23,366 bases of DNA, taken from positions 1 to 23,366 of the forward strand of contig CAXHJY010001461.1 in assembly GCA_964016885.1 (NCBI GenBank), in the 5' to 3' direction. Shown piece by piece: positions 20,844 through 23,366 of the stretch. How positions within the stretch are numbered: the first letter of the stretch is position 1; each line of letters opens with the position of its first letter. Below the pieces are notes generated by a model, which did no database searches, had not been told where the DNA came from, and saw only the letters and a program-made list of their open reading frames with translations. Origin of the DNA: Eledone cirrhosa (Eukaryota). The position numbers and the translations under genes are program-made.

Positions 20844-21809
20844 AAACATACATACGAACACACATACGAACACACATACAAACACACATACAAACATACA
20901 TACAAACACACATACAAACAAACACACATACAAACATACATACAAACACACATACAAACATACATACAAACACACATACAAACATACATACAAACACATA
21001 CACAAACACACATACACATATACATACAAACACATACAAACACACATACAAACATACATACAAACACATACAAACACACATACAAACACACATACATACA
21101 AACATACATACAAGCACACATACAAACATACATATAAATACATACAAACACACATACATACAAACATACATACAAACACACATACAAACATACATACAAA
21201 CATACAAACACACATACAAACACACATACAAACACACATACAAACAAACATACAAACAAACATACATACATACAAACACACATACAAACAAACATACAAA
21301 CAAACATACATACATACAAACATACATACAAACAAACATACACATACATACAAACACACATACAAAGACACACATGCAATCACACAAACATACGAACACA
21401 CACATATATATATATATATACAATTGTACACACATATACAGACACAGAAAACACACACATACAGACAGACTCACACACACACACATACAGACACAGAAAA
21501 CACACACATATATACACATTCTTACATAAACACACTCATATAAATATACATACATAACATACGCACACACACAAGACACATAAAATACACACATATAGAC
21601 ATAATACAAACACACATACATAAGCATACACACAAAACATACACTCACATATACACATAAAACAAACACACTCATACAAACACACATATACATAAACACA
21701 CACACATAACAAACACAAAACACATACATATAAACATAAAACAAAGATACACACACATACACAAATCACAAACAGACACATACATAACCATACACACAGT
21801 CACACACAC

Positions 21810-21860
<51 letters not shown>

Positions 21861-22205
21861 CACACACAAAAGACATAAAACACACACGTTTACACATAAA
21901 ACAAAGCCAAAACATACAAACACACACACACTCACATACACAGACACACACACATATATATATATATATATACACACACACAAAACACATACGTCTACAC
22001 ATAAAACAAAGCCAAAACATACAAACACACACACACTCACAAACACAGACACACAAACACACACACACACACATATATACACACACAAAAGACATAAAAC
22101 ACACACGTTTACACATAAAACAAAGCCAAAACATACAAACACACACACTCACATACACACTCACACACACACACACACACACAGACATACATACACACAC
22201 ACAGA
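20844..22205. repeat. CA-rich compound minisatellite (ACACATACAAAC-like units)
   Basis: Direct reading. Confidence 0.95.
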
Positions 22206-22534
22206 GACACAGACAAACAAGAGTGCTGGTGTTTATTATCTATTTACACAGTGTGACTTTCAATGAGTTGTCTGTCCCTCTTAAGGAGAGCAAAAAGACA
22301 ATTAATAGTTAGGTGGAAACCCTTAAAAAACTAAACACTATAAACTTGGTCCTTACAGTCATTGCCCTTTATGAGGGCTTTTCACAACCAGTGGACCTTG
22401 AATTGAAGTCTCTACGAAAATTCCGTGGGTTCATTCAACAACTTCCGGTATCCATTGTTACAATGGCTGCACCGGAAACTACTGTGTACACACGCCCCAT
22501 ATAAGCACACGTATTAAAACACCTAGCTTTGCAT

Positions 22535-22536
22535 AT

Positions 22537-22572
<36 letters not shown>

Positions 22573-22599
22573 CACACATATATATATACATATATATAC

Positions 22600-22630
<31 letters not shown>

Positions 22631-22659
22631 CACATATATATATATATATATACACACAC

Positions 22660-22721
<62 letters not shown>

Positions 22722-22807
22722 AGGGGCGTATGTATAGTTACATTATGTATATATATAAATATACATATATTTATATATATATATATAAACATATATATAC
22801 ACATATG

Positions 22808-22849
<42 letters not shown>

Positions 22850-22915
22850 CATATGTGTGTATATATATATATACATACATATGTGTATATATATATATAT
22901 ATATATATTTAACAC

Positions 22916-22946
<31 letters not shown>

Positions 22947-22976
22947 AACATATATATACATACATACATATGTGCG

Positions 22977-23007
<31 letters not shown>

Positions 23008-23128
23008 ATATATATATACATACATACATATGTGTGTATATATATATATAAAAGGAGCGTATGTATAGATACTTTTTATATACACGTATAAGTGGGTGTG
23101 TTAATATATACATGTACATATCTGATAT

Positions 23129-23165
<37 letters not shown>

Positions 23166-23244
23166 CACACACACACATATATATATATATACACACACAC
23201 ACACATATATATATATACACACACATACATATACATATATATAT

Positions 23245-23298
<54 letters not shown>

Positions 23299-23317
23299 GT
23301 ATATGTATGTATATATG

Positions 23318-23361
<44 letters not shown>

Positions 23362-23366
23362 CGTAT
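22535..23366. repeat. (TA)n/(CA)n compound tract
   Basis: Direct reading. Confidence 0.95.

Overview
Eukaryotic, essentially non-coding DNA dominated by microsatellites ((TA)n, (CA)n, (GGT)n/(ACC)n, (GTA)n). The SINE and RTE sequences resemble octopod cephalopod repeats (inferred from memory). Almost all ORFs in the supplied track are simple-repeat artefacts. Recognisable interspersed elements: a decayed Expander/Rex3-like RTE LINE split by a younger RTE 3' end, a third RTE-type 3' fragment, six copies of a tRNA-derived SINE, a CORE-type SINE fragment, a Tc1/mariner-type MITE and a ~930-bp non-autonomous Helitron. The main finding is a set of short (70-410 bp) elements from about eight families, all inserted in (TA)n tracts. 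Several carry type I hammerhead ribozymes (three intact copies of one family, one other intact core, one U3-A8 variant core, one core-mutated copy and several 3' halves). Many are head-to-head fold-backs with two fixed 3' ends. Six families share a covarying bulged stem-loop (RCUC-helix-loop-helix-UW-GAGY) 32-55 nt from the TA junction. These look like termini (pLTR plus tail) of TA-targeting Penelope-like retroelements or their non-autonomous, retrozyme-like derivatives. No host gene can be called confidently; a few candidate exons and regulatory islands are listed at low confidence.
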